Origin: Eledone cirrhosa
Taxonomy: Eukaryota
Direction of reading: 5' to 3'
Length of the DNA: 64,000 nt
Assembly (NCBI GenBank): GCA_964016885.1
Contig: OZ024743.1
Coordinates: 173,352,001-173,416,000, forward strand
The notes beneath the pieces were generated by a model. It was not told the origin of the DNA, did not search any database, and was given only the letters and a program-made list of their open reading frames with translations. Made by a program: the position numbers and the translations under genes. The stretch's first letter is position 1, and every line of letters begins with the position of its first letter. Shown piece by piece: positions 25,699-37,952 of the stretch.

Positions 25699-26308
25699 TC
25701 AGTGTTGAACAAAAGGGCAACGATGGTTGCTAAACACTGTACGGCTTAATTCGGGATGTTTGTTTACAAACAAACTGAGCATTATAATAAATGTTCAGTA
25801 AATCCATACGTACATATATATATGTGTGCATGTATGTATCTATATGCATACTACTGTACATCTGTATGCATATATGTATGTACGTATACATACTTATATT
25901 TAAGTAACAGCCGTACTAAGAGTGAGAAATGAAATTTCGTTTCATTTTTTCCATTTATCGTTTTCGGTGCGCCCGACCGGCTAACTCACTCGATATGTAA
26001 ATTAGGCTGCTCAGCAGTATACTTTCAGACGTTCAATCATCTGGCAGGAAGGTATACGGTGCTGATGATAGCTAATAAGCTTGAAACTAGTACATCGTTC
26101 CTTTGTCAGTATTGAACAAAAGGGCAACGATGGTTGCTAAACACTGTACGGCTTAATTCGGGATGTTTGTTTACAAACAAACCGAGCATTATAATAAATG
26201 TTCGTAAATCCATACGTACATATATATATGTGTGCATGTATGTATATATATATGCATACTACTGTACGTCTGTGTGCATATATGTATGTACGTATACATA
26301 CTTATATT
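25699..26308 (+). mobile_element. Non-coding retrozyme-like unit: ~200-bp direct repeats 407 nt apart with an internal hammerhead
   Basis: Repeats at 25699-25900 and 26106-26308; HHR at 26056-26098; no ORF. Confidence 0.6.
26056..26098 (+). ncRNA. Minimal type-I hammerhead ribozyme, GUA site
   Basis: acggtg-CTGATGA-t agct aata agct t-GAAAC-ta-GTA-catcgt, with palindromic stem III (ACTAGT). Confidence 0.82.
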
Positions 26309-26712
26309 GTTATTATATAGATCATGACCAAATGGTTAAGAAGTTTGGTTCCATTCCACTAACAGAGCTTTGACTTGACCCATCGTGGGAGTGAAATTGG
26401 GTGGATAGAAACTATTTGGAAGACTGTGAGATAGACTATACCTGTAATTCAAAGCGATAACCTAGTCACACAGAGTGTTATGCTAAATCTCCCTGAGCAT
26501 TATATTAAGAGTACTTATTTTTGTGGAATACTTAGTTAATTACACATTAATTTCATGTGCAGGCTGTTCCATTGATCAAACTACTGGAACATGCATCGTT
26601 GAAATCAGTGGAGATCCATCAATCATTGTATTGTTTTTGTTGTTAATTTATAAATATACTTCCTAAGTCTTGTAGTTGTTGTTAATATATAAATATACTT
26701 CTTCTGTTGCAG

Positions 26713-26794
26713 CCTGATGATGTTGTAAGTGTGGCAGTAGATAAAATTAATGGCTTGCTGGAATCCTTCATGGGTATTAATGACACAGAACTTG
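26713..26794 (+). CDS. GIPC: Internal coding exon of a GIPC-family PDZ adaptor protein (GH2 domain)
   Basis: Acceptor cttctgttgcAG and donor G|GTAATT bound an 82-nt exon encoding PDDVVSVAVDKINGLLESFMGINDTEL, closely resembling GIPC1 'AIEKVDDLLESYMGIRDTELA' (recalled). Confidence 0.88.
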
Positions 26795-26914
26795 GTAATT
26801 ATAATTATTATTGTTATTGTTATTGTTGCTGTTTTGTTGTTGCAGTTGTTGTTGGTGGTGGAGGTGATAAAAGAAATCATTATTATTGTTGGGAATGTGG
26901 TGATGTTTGTGTGG

Positions 26915-27385
26915 GAGATTGGCAGAATTAAAGTTTTGAAAAAATGCCTTATCATATTTAGTTACAGCTCATTACATACTGAGTTCAAATCCTGCCAATG
27001 TCAATTTTGTCATTCATCCTTCCAGAATCAATGGATTAAAGTACCAATCAAGTACTGGGATTGATATAGCCAACTTAACCCTCTCATCCATCTAAATTAA
27101 AAAACATTGTTGATGGTGTTTTTGTTGTTTGTGGTGGTGGATTAGCAAAATCATTAGATTGTCAGGCAAAATGTCATGCAATATTTTTCTAGTTCTTTGC
27201 TTTTTCTTCTGAGGGTTGATAAAATAAAATACCACTCATGGATTGGCAGAATCTTTAGAGCATCAGGCAAAATGTCAAGTGATTTTTTTTTTTTTTTGTT
27301 TCTTTACATTCTGAATTCAAATCCCATCAAAGTTAACTTTGCTTTTTATTCTTTTGAGTTTGATAAAATATAGTACAAGTCATGT
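26915..27385 (+). mobile_element. Cluster of degraded tRNA-derived SINE copies (second SINE family)
   Basis: gattggcagaat, gagttcaaatcctgcc, ttaactttgcttt and gataaaat..agtac motifs shared with 33741 and 62960. Confidence 0.6.
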
Positions 27386-27577
27386 GGAGAGCAAGGTCAG
27401 AATTTTCATTTTTCTTTGGGAAATATTGGTCAAATTTCACCAATAAAAATGATATTGTGCAATGGATATTATTTTGTAGACTATTAAAGTCTGATGTGAT
27501 TTTTTTTTGGGGGGGGGGGGGTCTGACTTTGAATACAGTCAAATAATTTGTGGTAGTGTTTACATTTTCAGTGTTTA

Positions 27578-27582
<5 letters not shown>

Positions 27583-27658
<76 letters not shown>

Positions 27659-27670
27659 CCTCTCTTTCTC
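27583..27670. repeat. (CT)n microsatellite
   Basis: Seen directly. Confidence 0.95.
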
Positions 27671-28421
27671 CTACTAACGAGTTTGCTTACAGGAATTAGT
27701 TTTCATATTTTGTTTGTTTTTTTAATCTAGGTCTACATACAATTCTAAGAAAGTTTTGTTAATTGAATAAAATTGAATAATTTTATTGATAAATATTACT
27801 AACACTGTTAATAACACTTGGTTTAACTTTTAAGCCTTATTGAATTCGCAACCTGGCATGTTATGTAAGTGTCAGATTTTGATCAAAAGTATATGAGAAG
27901 AAAGTTCATATCCAGAACTTTCTAATGATATATAATTGTCCACGGAAAAAATATATTGACTGGAAAATGATCAAGTAAACTGTGTGTTGCCCCTTCCACT
28001 GAGTTCAACAGGGATACCTATTAAATGTATTGAAAAGCTCCAAACTTACAGAGGGGATTCAGTTTGATACACTGTACCAGTGTATCAAAACTAAGCCGAC
28101 TACACATAACAGAACACAATATAGCCATGTCTTAAAATGCATGAAAAGCTTGTGACGGCCTTTAATTCCTCTAACTTAATTGTTTATACCAGTTTTTAAT
28201 AATCTATTAAAATTTTGTTGAAGTGGTATCATGTCCTCAAATCTCACAATTTATTTAGTTCTATACCGACTTTAAATGTGCCAAAACTCAAGTCCGTAAA
28301 TGTATAGAGTATTAAGGACCCGGTCATAGATATATGACACAGTAATATAGAATGTCAGGGAAGAGCTAATAGATGTATATATATATTCATACATATAAGT
28401 GTGTGTCTATATATATATATA

Positions 28422-29592
28422 CAGTGATACCTTGAGATACGAGTGAACTGACATACAAGTTTTTTGAGATACGAGCCATTACTCAGTTAATTTTTTGCTT
28501 TGTGATACGAGCTGAGTTTTGAGATACGAGCTACAAGCTAGCGAGTGCCTGAGAGGGGGTGCAGAATTAATTTTGCCCGGTGAACCCCAACCAAAGTTAC
28601 TCCCGTCATTTATATCCGTAAAGTGACTAAAGATTAAAACAAATGTAATATATTTATGGTTAGGGTTAGGGTTGAATTAACCCTAACCCTAACCATAAAC
28701 CTAAAAAATAACCCTAATCCTAACCCTAGCACAATGAGGAATTGACAATGGAGTAATTAAAGGAGCTACAGGACCAGCAGCATACAGAGATTTGGCAGGA
28801 AATTAATGAGGGGCCAGAGTCAGAGGAGGTAGTAATCCCTTCAAGTGAAATTAAAGAAATGTTGGGAATTTGGGAGAAACTTAATGATTTTATCATCCAG
28901 AAAAAGTTGGAACAAGTTGTGCATTGGCACTGTTTAACGACACTTGCCTCACTCATTTCAGAAACATTTTAAAGGGGAAGAAGAAACAAACCTCCTTGGA
29001 CAGGTTTTATTGAAACGCCCTCGAAGCGAAGGCGAGCAAAGTGTGGCCAAAAAGCCAAAAGTCAGTGAAGATGATGATAACAGTAACTGAAGTACCGTAT
29101 GGTACGAAAAGAAAAAAAAAGTAAAAAAACAATAGCAATTAAATTTAGCGATTAAGTGTAGCATAGTGTGTAAGTTAAATGTAGCAATAAAAAATAGCAT
29201 TAACTGCGTAGTAAGTCAAGTTAAGAGATAGAGCGCAAAACGAAAAACATTTACAGCCTCCCCCGTCATTCTCCTCCACCACCGCCAGCTTTTTCGTCTC
29301 ATCTTGAAGGTAAATACACTTAATAAATCCAGTTTATTTCTTTACATTCTCTTTTATTATGTTCTTATTATTTCATTATACATTATTTGTTATTTATAAA
29401 GTATATTTTACTTATTAAAAACACGTAACATAATTAAATTGGTGTGGTTTTTTTTTTTTAGGGGGGGGGGGTCAGAACGGATTAATAGCATTTCAGTTAA
29501 TTTCAATGGGGAAAATTGATTTGAGATATGAGTAAATTGAGTTACGAGCTCGGTCACAGAACGAATTAAACTCGTATCTCAAGGTATCACTG
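28422..29592 (+). mobile_element. Non-autonomous pogo/Tigger-type DNA transposon
   Basis: Perfect 23-bp TIRs CAGTGATACCTTGAGATACGAGT with TA on both sides. Transposase C-terminal remnant (HNEELT..; HFRNILKGKKKQTSLDRF) at about 28729-29090. Confidence 0.88.
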
Positions 29593-29595
29593 TAC

Positions 29596-29905
29596 TTCGT
29601 TTTTGAATTTGTTATGCAAGATTATTTATCTGAAAACGTGTTGAAACAGATATTGTTATACTTTGGGAGGGTCATGCTGCCAATAAAAACACACGTGCCT
29701 GTTGGTTTTCACTTCAATTTATTATAAATTGTTGGTTGGTTGGTTCAATAACTGGATGCGTGTTTATATATTGTCAAAGCTCTTTCGTCACACATTCTGT
29801 GACCTCCTTAGTGACTGGTTTCTTATTTTGGGTCTCTCCTTTATTCTGTCCTACACCGTCTTGTTATTGTGTGTTGTGTGCTGTAAGCTTGGTTTGCACA
29901 TGTGT
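29596..29905 (-). mobile_element. PLE-A pLTR copy (HHR core mutated, 29773-29815)
   Basis: Homologous to 15143-15470. Confidence 0.75.
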
Positions 29906-29959
29906 TACAGATCAACAAATGCCAGGTAGAGCGACTTACTTTTAGCTAGGTACTTTTCC

Positions 29960-30460
29960 AGATCAGTCAGATCTGCATATTAAGAGATCCACTAATCAGC
30001 TAGATTTGCATATCAGCAAACAGGCCAGTCAGTTTCCTGTATACAATCGATTAATGACTGGCTTTGCCATATTCAAATAAAAAAAAAATATCGCTCTACT
30101 CTGAATACTATAAATGTAATCTGAATTTTTCGAATATTAATAATAATACTCGATTCGTTTGTAATTATGCAAACAGCCTCTTTTTTAAAGCCATATCAGT
30201 AGAATAAGCCCCTCATTCTTGCTCTTGTGTTAGCATGTAAATAGAACTGCAGACACTAATGTTTCTGGGTATTACCCTTCATCAGTGCAGTTCACTGTTC
30301 ACCTGCCAACTGTCAGAGTTAGTGAAAATATATGATATTTTCTAAAATATACAGTGACTGATCGGCCTGATTTGCATATTAGCAGATCCACTGATCAGCC
30401 AGATTTGCATATCAGCAGACAGGCCAGTCATTTTCCTGTATACAGGAAACTGACTGGCCT
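29960..30460 (-). mobile_element. Non-coding retrozyme-like unit: ~85-bp direct repeats ~399 nt apart with an internal hammerhead
   Basis: gcatatta..gatccact.atcagc.agatttgcatatcagca.acaggccagtca.tttcctgtatac occurs at about 29960-30044 and 30358-30443; terminal palindrome at 30421-30460. Confidence 0.55.
30244..30293 (-). ncRNA. Minimal type-I hammerhead ribozyme, GUC site
   Basis: Minus strand: gaactgca-CTGATGA-a gggt aat accc a-GAAAC-attagt-GTC-tgcagttc, with an 8-bp perfect stem I. Confidence 0.88.
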
Positions 30461-30489
30461 ATGTGTATATATATGTGCATATATATATG

Positions 30490-30526
<37 letters not shown>

Positions 30527-30550
30527 ATATATATATATAAATATATATAT

Positions 30551-30886
30551 GGAGGCACATGGCTTAGTGGTTAGAGCATTGGCCTTGCAATGGAAAGGTT
30601 GTGAGTTCAATTTTCAGACCGGGTGATGTGTTGTTTCCTTGAGCAAGACACTTTATTTCACATTGCTCCAGTTTACTCAGCTGTAGAAATGAGATGATAG
30701 GGACTGGGGTCCATATCATTCCACTGCAAAGTGGTCGTGGAGGTGCCACGGCAAAAAAGCACCCAGCACTCACTGTAAATGAGGTTGGTGTTAGGAAGGG
30801 TATCCAGCTGTAGAAATCAAGCCAAAATCAGTTCCCGTCCCACCCTTGCAAGCAGGGAAAAAGCGGACGTAAAATGAAATGATGAT
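30551..30886 (+). mobile_element. tRNA-headed SINE with RTE-derived tail
   Basis: A/B boxes, same body as 11410 and 61900; tail cccacccttgcaagcagggaaaa..cgtaaaatga; flanked by (TA)n. Confidence 0.88.
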
Positions 30887-30913
30887 ATATATATATATAT
30901 AAATATATATATA

Positions 30914-31370
30914 TTCATTAGTTAAGCAAAACAAGGCCACAAACTTCACAAGGAAGACATTATTAAAAGATTGTCAACATATTTTAGTTTGATGTAAGGA
31001 ATGTAGAGAATAATAATAATAATTTCGTTTCTGAATTTGTTTAGCAAGATTCTTTATCTGAAATCGTGTGTTGAAACCGATATTGTTATACTTTGGGAGG
31101 GTCATGTTGCCAATAAGAAACACACGCACCAGTTGCTTTCACTTCAATTTATTATATATTTATAAATTTATAAATTTACAAATCTACAAATTTATAAATT
31201 TCTGGTTGGTTGGTTCCACAACCAGATAGTTGTTTATATATAGTCATAGTCCTTTCGTCACACACTCTGTGACCTCTTCAGTGACTGGGGATTCCTTTCT
31301 TTGTTTCTGTGCCTTTCCTTTCTTCTGTCCTACGCCATTTTGTTTCTGTGTGTGTGTTGTGTGCTCAGTT
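30914..31370 (-). mobile_element. Family B fragment followed by a PLE-A pLTR (HHR at 31243-31285, CUA site)
   Basis: Homology to 3900-4010 and 15143-15460. Minus strand: agtca-CTGAAGA-g-gtcac..gtgac-GAAA-gga-CTA-tgact. Confidence 0.75.
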
Positions 31371-31371
31371 T

Positions 31372-33700
31372 CTGCCAAAGGGCATATTTACCTTACTAAT
31401 TAGAGGGTGGTTTCAGGGGAAGTAACTTCTCGAGAGATTAGAAATTATGGGTAAAAATGGGGCTACATGACTAAGTTAGGTCAAAAATTCTATTGGCAAA
31501 GGAATTAGCCCTTCGATGTTTCCAGCTAATGGTTACCTCCGTTCTATCGTTAATCGGTAGAGGTCGTGATAGAGTTATGTAATATGCTTCCGTAACACAG
31601 ATATCACAAGATTTTCTTCATCCATTGAGCGGCTAGGCAGACTATCATTGAATTCAACGGAGCACTCTGGACTAGAAAAGATAGAACAGACAACTTTGAC
31701 ACTACGATGGGCTCAAGTGACTTCGCGCAATTCACCGATTTAGTTGGGATTTACCTATTACGTAACATCAGAGCCGAAATCTAACCCATGCAAGGCGGAA
31801 TATACAGGGACAACGCCCTATTTGCGGTCGACAATTGCACTAATCGGGGAATCGATTTGCTAAAGAAACAATTACGTAGAGGTGATAGAGTTATGTAATA
31901 TGCTTCCGTAATACAGAGATCACAAGATTTTTTTCGTCCATTGAACGGTTGGGCCCTAGCCAAGAAACAATTCCATAGATTCTTCAAAAATAACGGTCTC
32001 TCTATCACCATCGAGCCGAACCATAAATTAGTAAACTTCCTAGACGTCACCCTGGATCTCAACAATAACCTATATAACCCTTACCATAAACCAGGTGAAA
32101 TACTCACATATATTAGCCCACACTCTAACCACCCACCGGCAGTCATCAGAGCAGTAATCAAATCTATCTCCTATAGGATCTCAATGCTATCAGCAAATGA
32201 GGAAATATTTATAAACCACGCACAATATTATAATAAGGCTCTCTCTGAATCTGGTTATAAACAATCAATTTATTACATACCTAAATGCCATAACACAGCA
32301 ACTTACCATAATAAACTTAACACTAGAACTAGAAATACCTTAGCATATAGCCAGATTCGCCGGAATTTTAGCAGTAACAGCACCTATACAGGGAACTTTA
32401 ATGGTGGCAGCAGCCTGCTCCCCACTCCAAGTAGCAAACTAAAAATCAACCCTAGAATAGGAATGAGAAATGGGATGACAAATAACAAATCTCCAGGTAA
32501 TAATAACCCTAGGAAGGCCCCTACCAACTCCATTAGAACCCCTAGAAGGAATAGACCTAGAAATATCACCTGGCTCAACCCCCCATTCTCATCTAATCTA
32601 GCCACTAATATCCCCAAACGCTTCTTCTCTATCCTATCCAAACACTTCCCCCCCCCCCAACCATAGATATTACAAACTCTTTAATAAAAATAACATTAAA
32701 ATCTCATTCTCCACAACACCTAACCTAGCTAGTCACATCGCGTTCAGTAACCATCATAAGCTAAGACAGTATAACTCCCACACCGCGGTACCATCACCCC
32801 TATCAAATACACCACGCCACTACACCAATAATTACTCTAGTAGCACACCTCCCCCATCTAATCCTTCTAGCACGGACCTACCGCTTAGGTTAAACAACCC
32901 TACTCTCACTAACCGCAGAAGCAACTGCAACTGCCGTTACCCCAATGCATGCCCATTAAATGGACACTGCCTGACACCCAACATAGTCTATAGGTGCACG
33001 GTTGAGACTGCTTCGAATACCAGCTCTTATATCGGGTCTACCTCTAACCCTTTTAAGGTACGCTATAATGCACACTCTTTTTCCTTCCGAGACCCGAGCA
33101 ACAGATGTTCGACATCGCTAGCTAGGCTCATTAAAAACCTTAAATTAAACAACGTTCAACACTCACTAAAATGGGATATCGTGGCTAGAGCCCAACCGTT
33201 CAATGGACGAAGAAAATCTTGTGATCACTGTGTTACGGAAGCATATTACATAACTCTATCACGACCTCTACCGATTAACGATAGAACGGAGGTAACCATT
33301 AGCTGTCAACATCGAAGGGCTAATTCCTTCGCCAATAGAATTTTTGACCCAACTTAGTCATGTAGCCCCATTTTTACTTGTAGCTAATAAGTTAAATTGC
33401 TATGAACAACTCGATAATTATAAGTTACCTCCCCTACATTGTCTCTCAATTAAAAAATTAAAAAATTTGCACTTAACTATAAACACTCACAATTTCTAAT
33501 CTCTCAAGAAGTTACTTCCCCCGAAACCACCCTCTAATTAGTAAGCCCTTTGGCAGCCATATTGTTACCCATAGGCAGATCTCACACAATGCAGCCTCGA
33601 CAGATGAATACTGCTTGATTATGGCTGACAACTGATGCAACCAAGACACCATAGTAAAAACCAATATATGGAACACTATATTATGTAACATTATCCCATT
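31372..33700 (+). mobile_element. Hydra-clade-like PLE (RT C-half plus GIY-YIG) with inverted 3' segments at its 5' end
   Basis: FDTTMGSSD..LVGIYLL, GIYRD, VNFLDVTLDL, HSNHPP, ITWLNPPFS, CNCRYPNACPLNGHCL, YIGSTS. 31372-31637 and 31877-31962 are reverse complements of 33180-33558. Confidence 0.82.
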
Positions 33701-33740
33701 ATTTTAATTTATATTATATATATTTATATATTATATATAT

Positions 33741-33930
33741 AGGGCGGTGGATTGGCAGTATCGGTAGGGGGTTGGACGACATGCTTTGACGCATAGAGTT
33801 ACGGCCCTTGCCATTCTGAGTTCAAATCCTGCCGAGGTTAACTTTGCCTTTCATCCTTATGGGGTCGATAAAATAAAGTACCAGTAATACACTGGGTATT
33901 TGCTGGCCTTGTGCCAAAAGTAGAAACAAT
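33741..33930 (+). mobile_element. tRNA-derived SINE with tttgcctttcatcct..ggggtcgataaaataaagtaccagt core
   Basis: B-box gagttcaaatcc; two more copies in tandem at 62960-63355. Confidence 0.8.
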
Positions 33931-33954
33931 TATTTTAATTTATATTCCTTTGAA

Positions 33955-34074
33955 GTTCCGATGAGCCATTCAGTTTTTTAAATATGTTAATTATTTTCAA
34001 CTGAACCAGATCAATTATGATATATAATCATCTGATCCAGAAATATTATATGGAGTAGCGAAACAATTGTAAAC
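33955..34074 (+). ncRNA. Hammerhead-like motif with CCGAUGA core and long stem II (family B)
   Basis: gtt-CCGATGA-gc..~90 nt..gc-GAAAC-aatt-GTA-aac; the same architecture occurs at 52560-52678. Confidence 0.6.
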
Positions 34075-34381
34075 GGACATTATTATTATCAATATTATTA
34101 TTATTATTCTCTACATTCCTTACATCAAACTAAAATATGTTGACAATCTTTTAATAATGTCTTCCTTGTGAAGTTTGAGGCCTTGTTTTGCTTAACTAAT
34201 GAATATTTCCAGCTCTGCACACCTAACTTCTGCATGAACCCAGCCACCTAGCTGCTTTCTACTGCATATTGCACATTGAACACATGCCTTTACGCTTTGG
34301 CTTCTAACTCACCAATCTCTCCTCTCATATCTCCTCTACTATCTCCATCTCTCTCTTTAAGATTGGTTACTCTTGAATTGC

Positions 34382-34455
<74 letters not shown>

Positions 34456-34465
34456 ATATATATAT

Positions 34466-34827
34466 ATTCAAATCAACAAACAGCGGAGGACGCGTTTCGA
34501 CCTTTCCGACAGACAACCTTTCCCCCACCCCGAAAAAAACCCCAGTTGATGGATGTGAATCCGAAATATATAGGGACAATTAAATCTCTCCCAAGGTAAC
34601 TCTCTCTCGTGTTGTTATTTTTATTTTATCCTTTATACTCCTTCCTTCATTCTTCTACACGTCTTATACACACCACGCATCTCAACGTACACCCACTTAC
34701 ATCTCTCTCTCCACCACCGGATCTTGTTACCCGGAGATTTACCCATTTGCATTGTCGAGGCTTCCAAACGACTTAAAGATATTTACTTATTATTCCACAA
34801 TGCTTCAAGCAAACTTCAATACTCTCT

Positions 34828-34830
<3 letters not shown>
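34466..34830 (+). mobile_element. Solo pLTR of PLE family C
   Basis: Homologous to 6068-6405 (inverted) and 7053-7275. Confidence 0.7.
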
Positions 34831-34860
<30 letters not shown>

Positions 34861-34991
34861 GTATATATATATGTATGTGTGTGTGTGTGTGTATATACAT
34901 TATATATATATGTATATATATATACTGTATATATATATATATATATATATACGATATAAACAAATGGAAACTATATTTATAAAACCATATT

Positions 34992-35056
34992 TATTTCATT
35001 ATACATATTTCAAGGACACCAAGTTAAATGATGGTGTGCTTTCGTCAGATAAAATA
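34992..35056 (-). ncRNA. Hammerhead ribozyme in the inverted pLTR
   Basis: Reverse complement of 37888-37952. Confidence 0.75.
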
Positions 35057-37887
35057 TAATATAGAGCAGTTTTATAAATAAATATTGACATACCCTTAAA
35101 GAATGCAACCATTACTGTTGGAAGCTCCCGGATAGTGGAGTTATAACTTTAATTATATTATTAGGTAAGTTAGTATTGGATATTTTTAAATAAGCCGTTG
35201 GAGAAAGAGAAAGAGAGAGAAAAAGAGCAGAACAACAGAGAGAAAAAAGATAGAGAGAGAGGAGGAAGAGAAAGGAGAGAGAACAAAACTCTAAGTCATC
35301 TTAACATTTGAGATGAAATGAATAAATAAAATTAGAAATGTTAATAATCATGAATGGAATATACATATATAATATGAGAAATTTACCCTTGTTTAAATAT
35401 GATTAGATGTTTAGTTAATCAGTTAAATATTGAGATCAATACATTAAAAATTGGGATCTATATATTAAGAAATCTATATATTATTATTAAGCCTATATTG
35501 TTAAAGATCTAAATATTATATAACACGTATACACACGAAAAAATACATACATATAAATATATATACATATCTAACTACGTATATAATATATACATACTAA
35601 TAATAATATAACAACTAACCATAATCGTAACAATTTTAACTATTTTAACAATTTTAACAACTATAATAGAAAACCTTACAATAATTCCGAAAGCAAAATA
35701 AGAAATAGAACTAGGAACATATTATGGTTCGCTCCTCCTTTCTCATTAAATATTAAAACCCCTATTGCTAAACTATTTTTTAAAGCTCTTGACAAATGCT
35801 TCCCTAGAACATATAGATATTACTCAATTTTTAATAGACACACTATTAAATTAACTTATTCTTCCGCCAAAAATTTAGCGCAAAATATTAATAGAATTAA
35901 TAATAGAAATTTAAAACCTAACCAAAATACCACTAATAACCCAAGCAATATCCAATTTGATAAATGTAACTGTAGAAATAAATCTAACTGTCCGTTAAAT
36001 AACAATTGCTTAGCTAAAAATATAGTATATAATTGTAATGTAAAAACTAATTTAAATTCATTTAATTATGTGGGATCCACTTCCACAGAGTTTAAATCCC
36101 GCTTCAATAATCATAAAAATTCTTTTACAGATCCAAACAAAAAATCTTCAACTTCTCTATCTAGCTTATTATGGGACCTCAAACTAAAGAACGTTGAATA
36201 TTCGTTGATTTGGAATATTATTTCAAAAGCTACTCCTTTTAACTCCTCTTCAGAAATGTGTGATCTTTGTATAGAGGAAAAATTCTTTATATTAAAGACC
36301 AAAAATTCCCTGAACCTAAGGAACGATTTATTCAGTTGCTGTAGACATAGATTAAACTCAACGTTTAAATATAAATTTAAAATGTAATATATAATTAATT
36401 AATTAATTCTATTAATATATTGAACCTGTCGATAAATCATTAGATTCCTTCATTTTTTTTACTGCTTATACACTCAAGTAAAAAAAACTTTTCTTCCTAA
36501 ATATAAACAAATATAATAAACTATTCTAGAGAAATATACTGAAAGCTCTTAATAGGGGAAAATATTTTTTATTGTTTGATAGTTTCTCCTATTTTCGAAA
36601 GTTTATCTTTTGAAAGTTTCTGTTTATTTCTATTATGGATATAAAATTAAGTTAAATATACGTAGAAAATGTCTATACTAAATCTATTAAACATATTATT
36701 ATTTTGAAATTATAACTTGAAATATTCTATAATATTTTTAAAGTTATATTGTTTTTTAAAGTTATATTGCTTATAATTATATTTCCAAATCGTAATATAA
36801 TTCTTTTGTATTTTATGTACTTCAATTATACTATGTACTGTATTTATATATACTTCTCTCTCTATATGCATGTATATATATGTGTATGTGTGTATTGATA
36901 TACATGTACATATGTTTTATGCGTGTATGTCTATCTGTATGTATATATATATGTGATGCGTATCTACCTTTTTATGTGGGTACATATATGTATGTATATG
37001 TGGGAATTGTGTATGAATATATACGTGTATATCCATACAATTCAATTGCACTTATTTATAGGGATTATCCCAAGATTCGTGACAAATAAACATATAATAA
37101 CAGTCATAAATACATAACAGGTAATCTTATAAAACTTATATAAAAAAAATTTGTTTAATAACATAAAGTATGTATAACATAAATTTCCTTTAATATCTTA
37201 ACAATTGTAACATTGATATAACTAAATAACGTAATTTTCCTTCATGCTGCTTTGATATTACATTGAAATGACTTTCTCTGATTTTATAAGACTCCTATAT
37301 CTTAAATTAAAGAATCCTTTATATTTTGTATGTATATATTATATACGTAGTTAGATATGTATATATATTTTTATACGTGTGTATATATATTTATATGTAT
37401 GTATTTTTTAGTGTTTATACGTGTTATATAATATATAGATCTTTAACAATATAGTCTTAATAATAATATATAGATTTCTTAATATATAGATCCCAATTTT
37501 TAATGTATTGATCTCAATATTTAACTGATTAACTAAACATCTAATCATACTTAAACAAGGGTAAATTTCTCATATTATATATGTATATTCCATTCATGAT
37601 TATTAACATTTCTAATTTTATTTATTCATTTCATCTCAAATGTTAAGATGACTTAGAGTTTTGTTCTCTCTCCTTTCTCTTCCTCCTCTCTCTCTATCTT
37701 TTTTCTCTCTGTTGTTCTCTTTTTGTCTCTCTTTCTCTTTCTCCAACGGCTTATTTAAAAATATCCAATACTAACTTACCTAATAATATAATTAAAGTTA
37801 TAACGCCACTATCCGGGAGCTTCCAACAGTAATAGTTGCATTCTTTAAGGGTATGTCAATATTTATTTATAAAACTGCTCTATATTA

Positions 37888-37952
37888 TATTTTATCTGAC
37901 GAAAGCACACCATCATTTAACTTGGTGTCCTTGAAATATGTATAATGAAATA
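37888..37952 (+). ncRNA. Type-I hammerhead ribozyme, AUA site
   Basis: tattttat-CTGACGA-aag cacacca..tggtgt c ctt-GAAA-tatgt-ATA-atgaaata. Confidence 0.78.

Noticed and set aside
30551-30625. tRNA gene
   Set aside because: The A/B boxes belong to a SINE head; there is no clean cloverleaf and the sequence continues into a repeat body.
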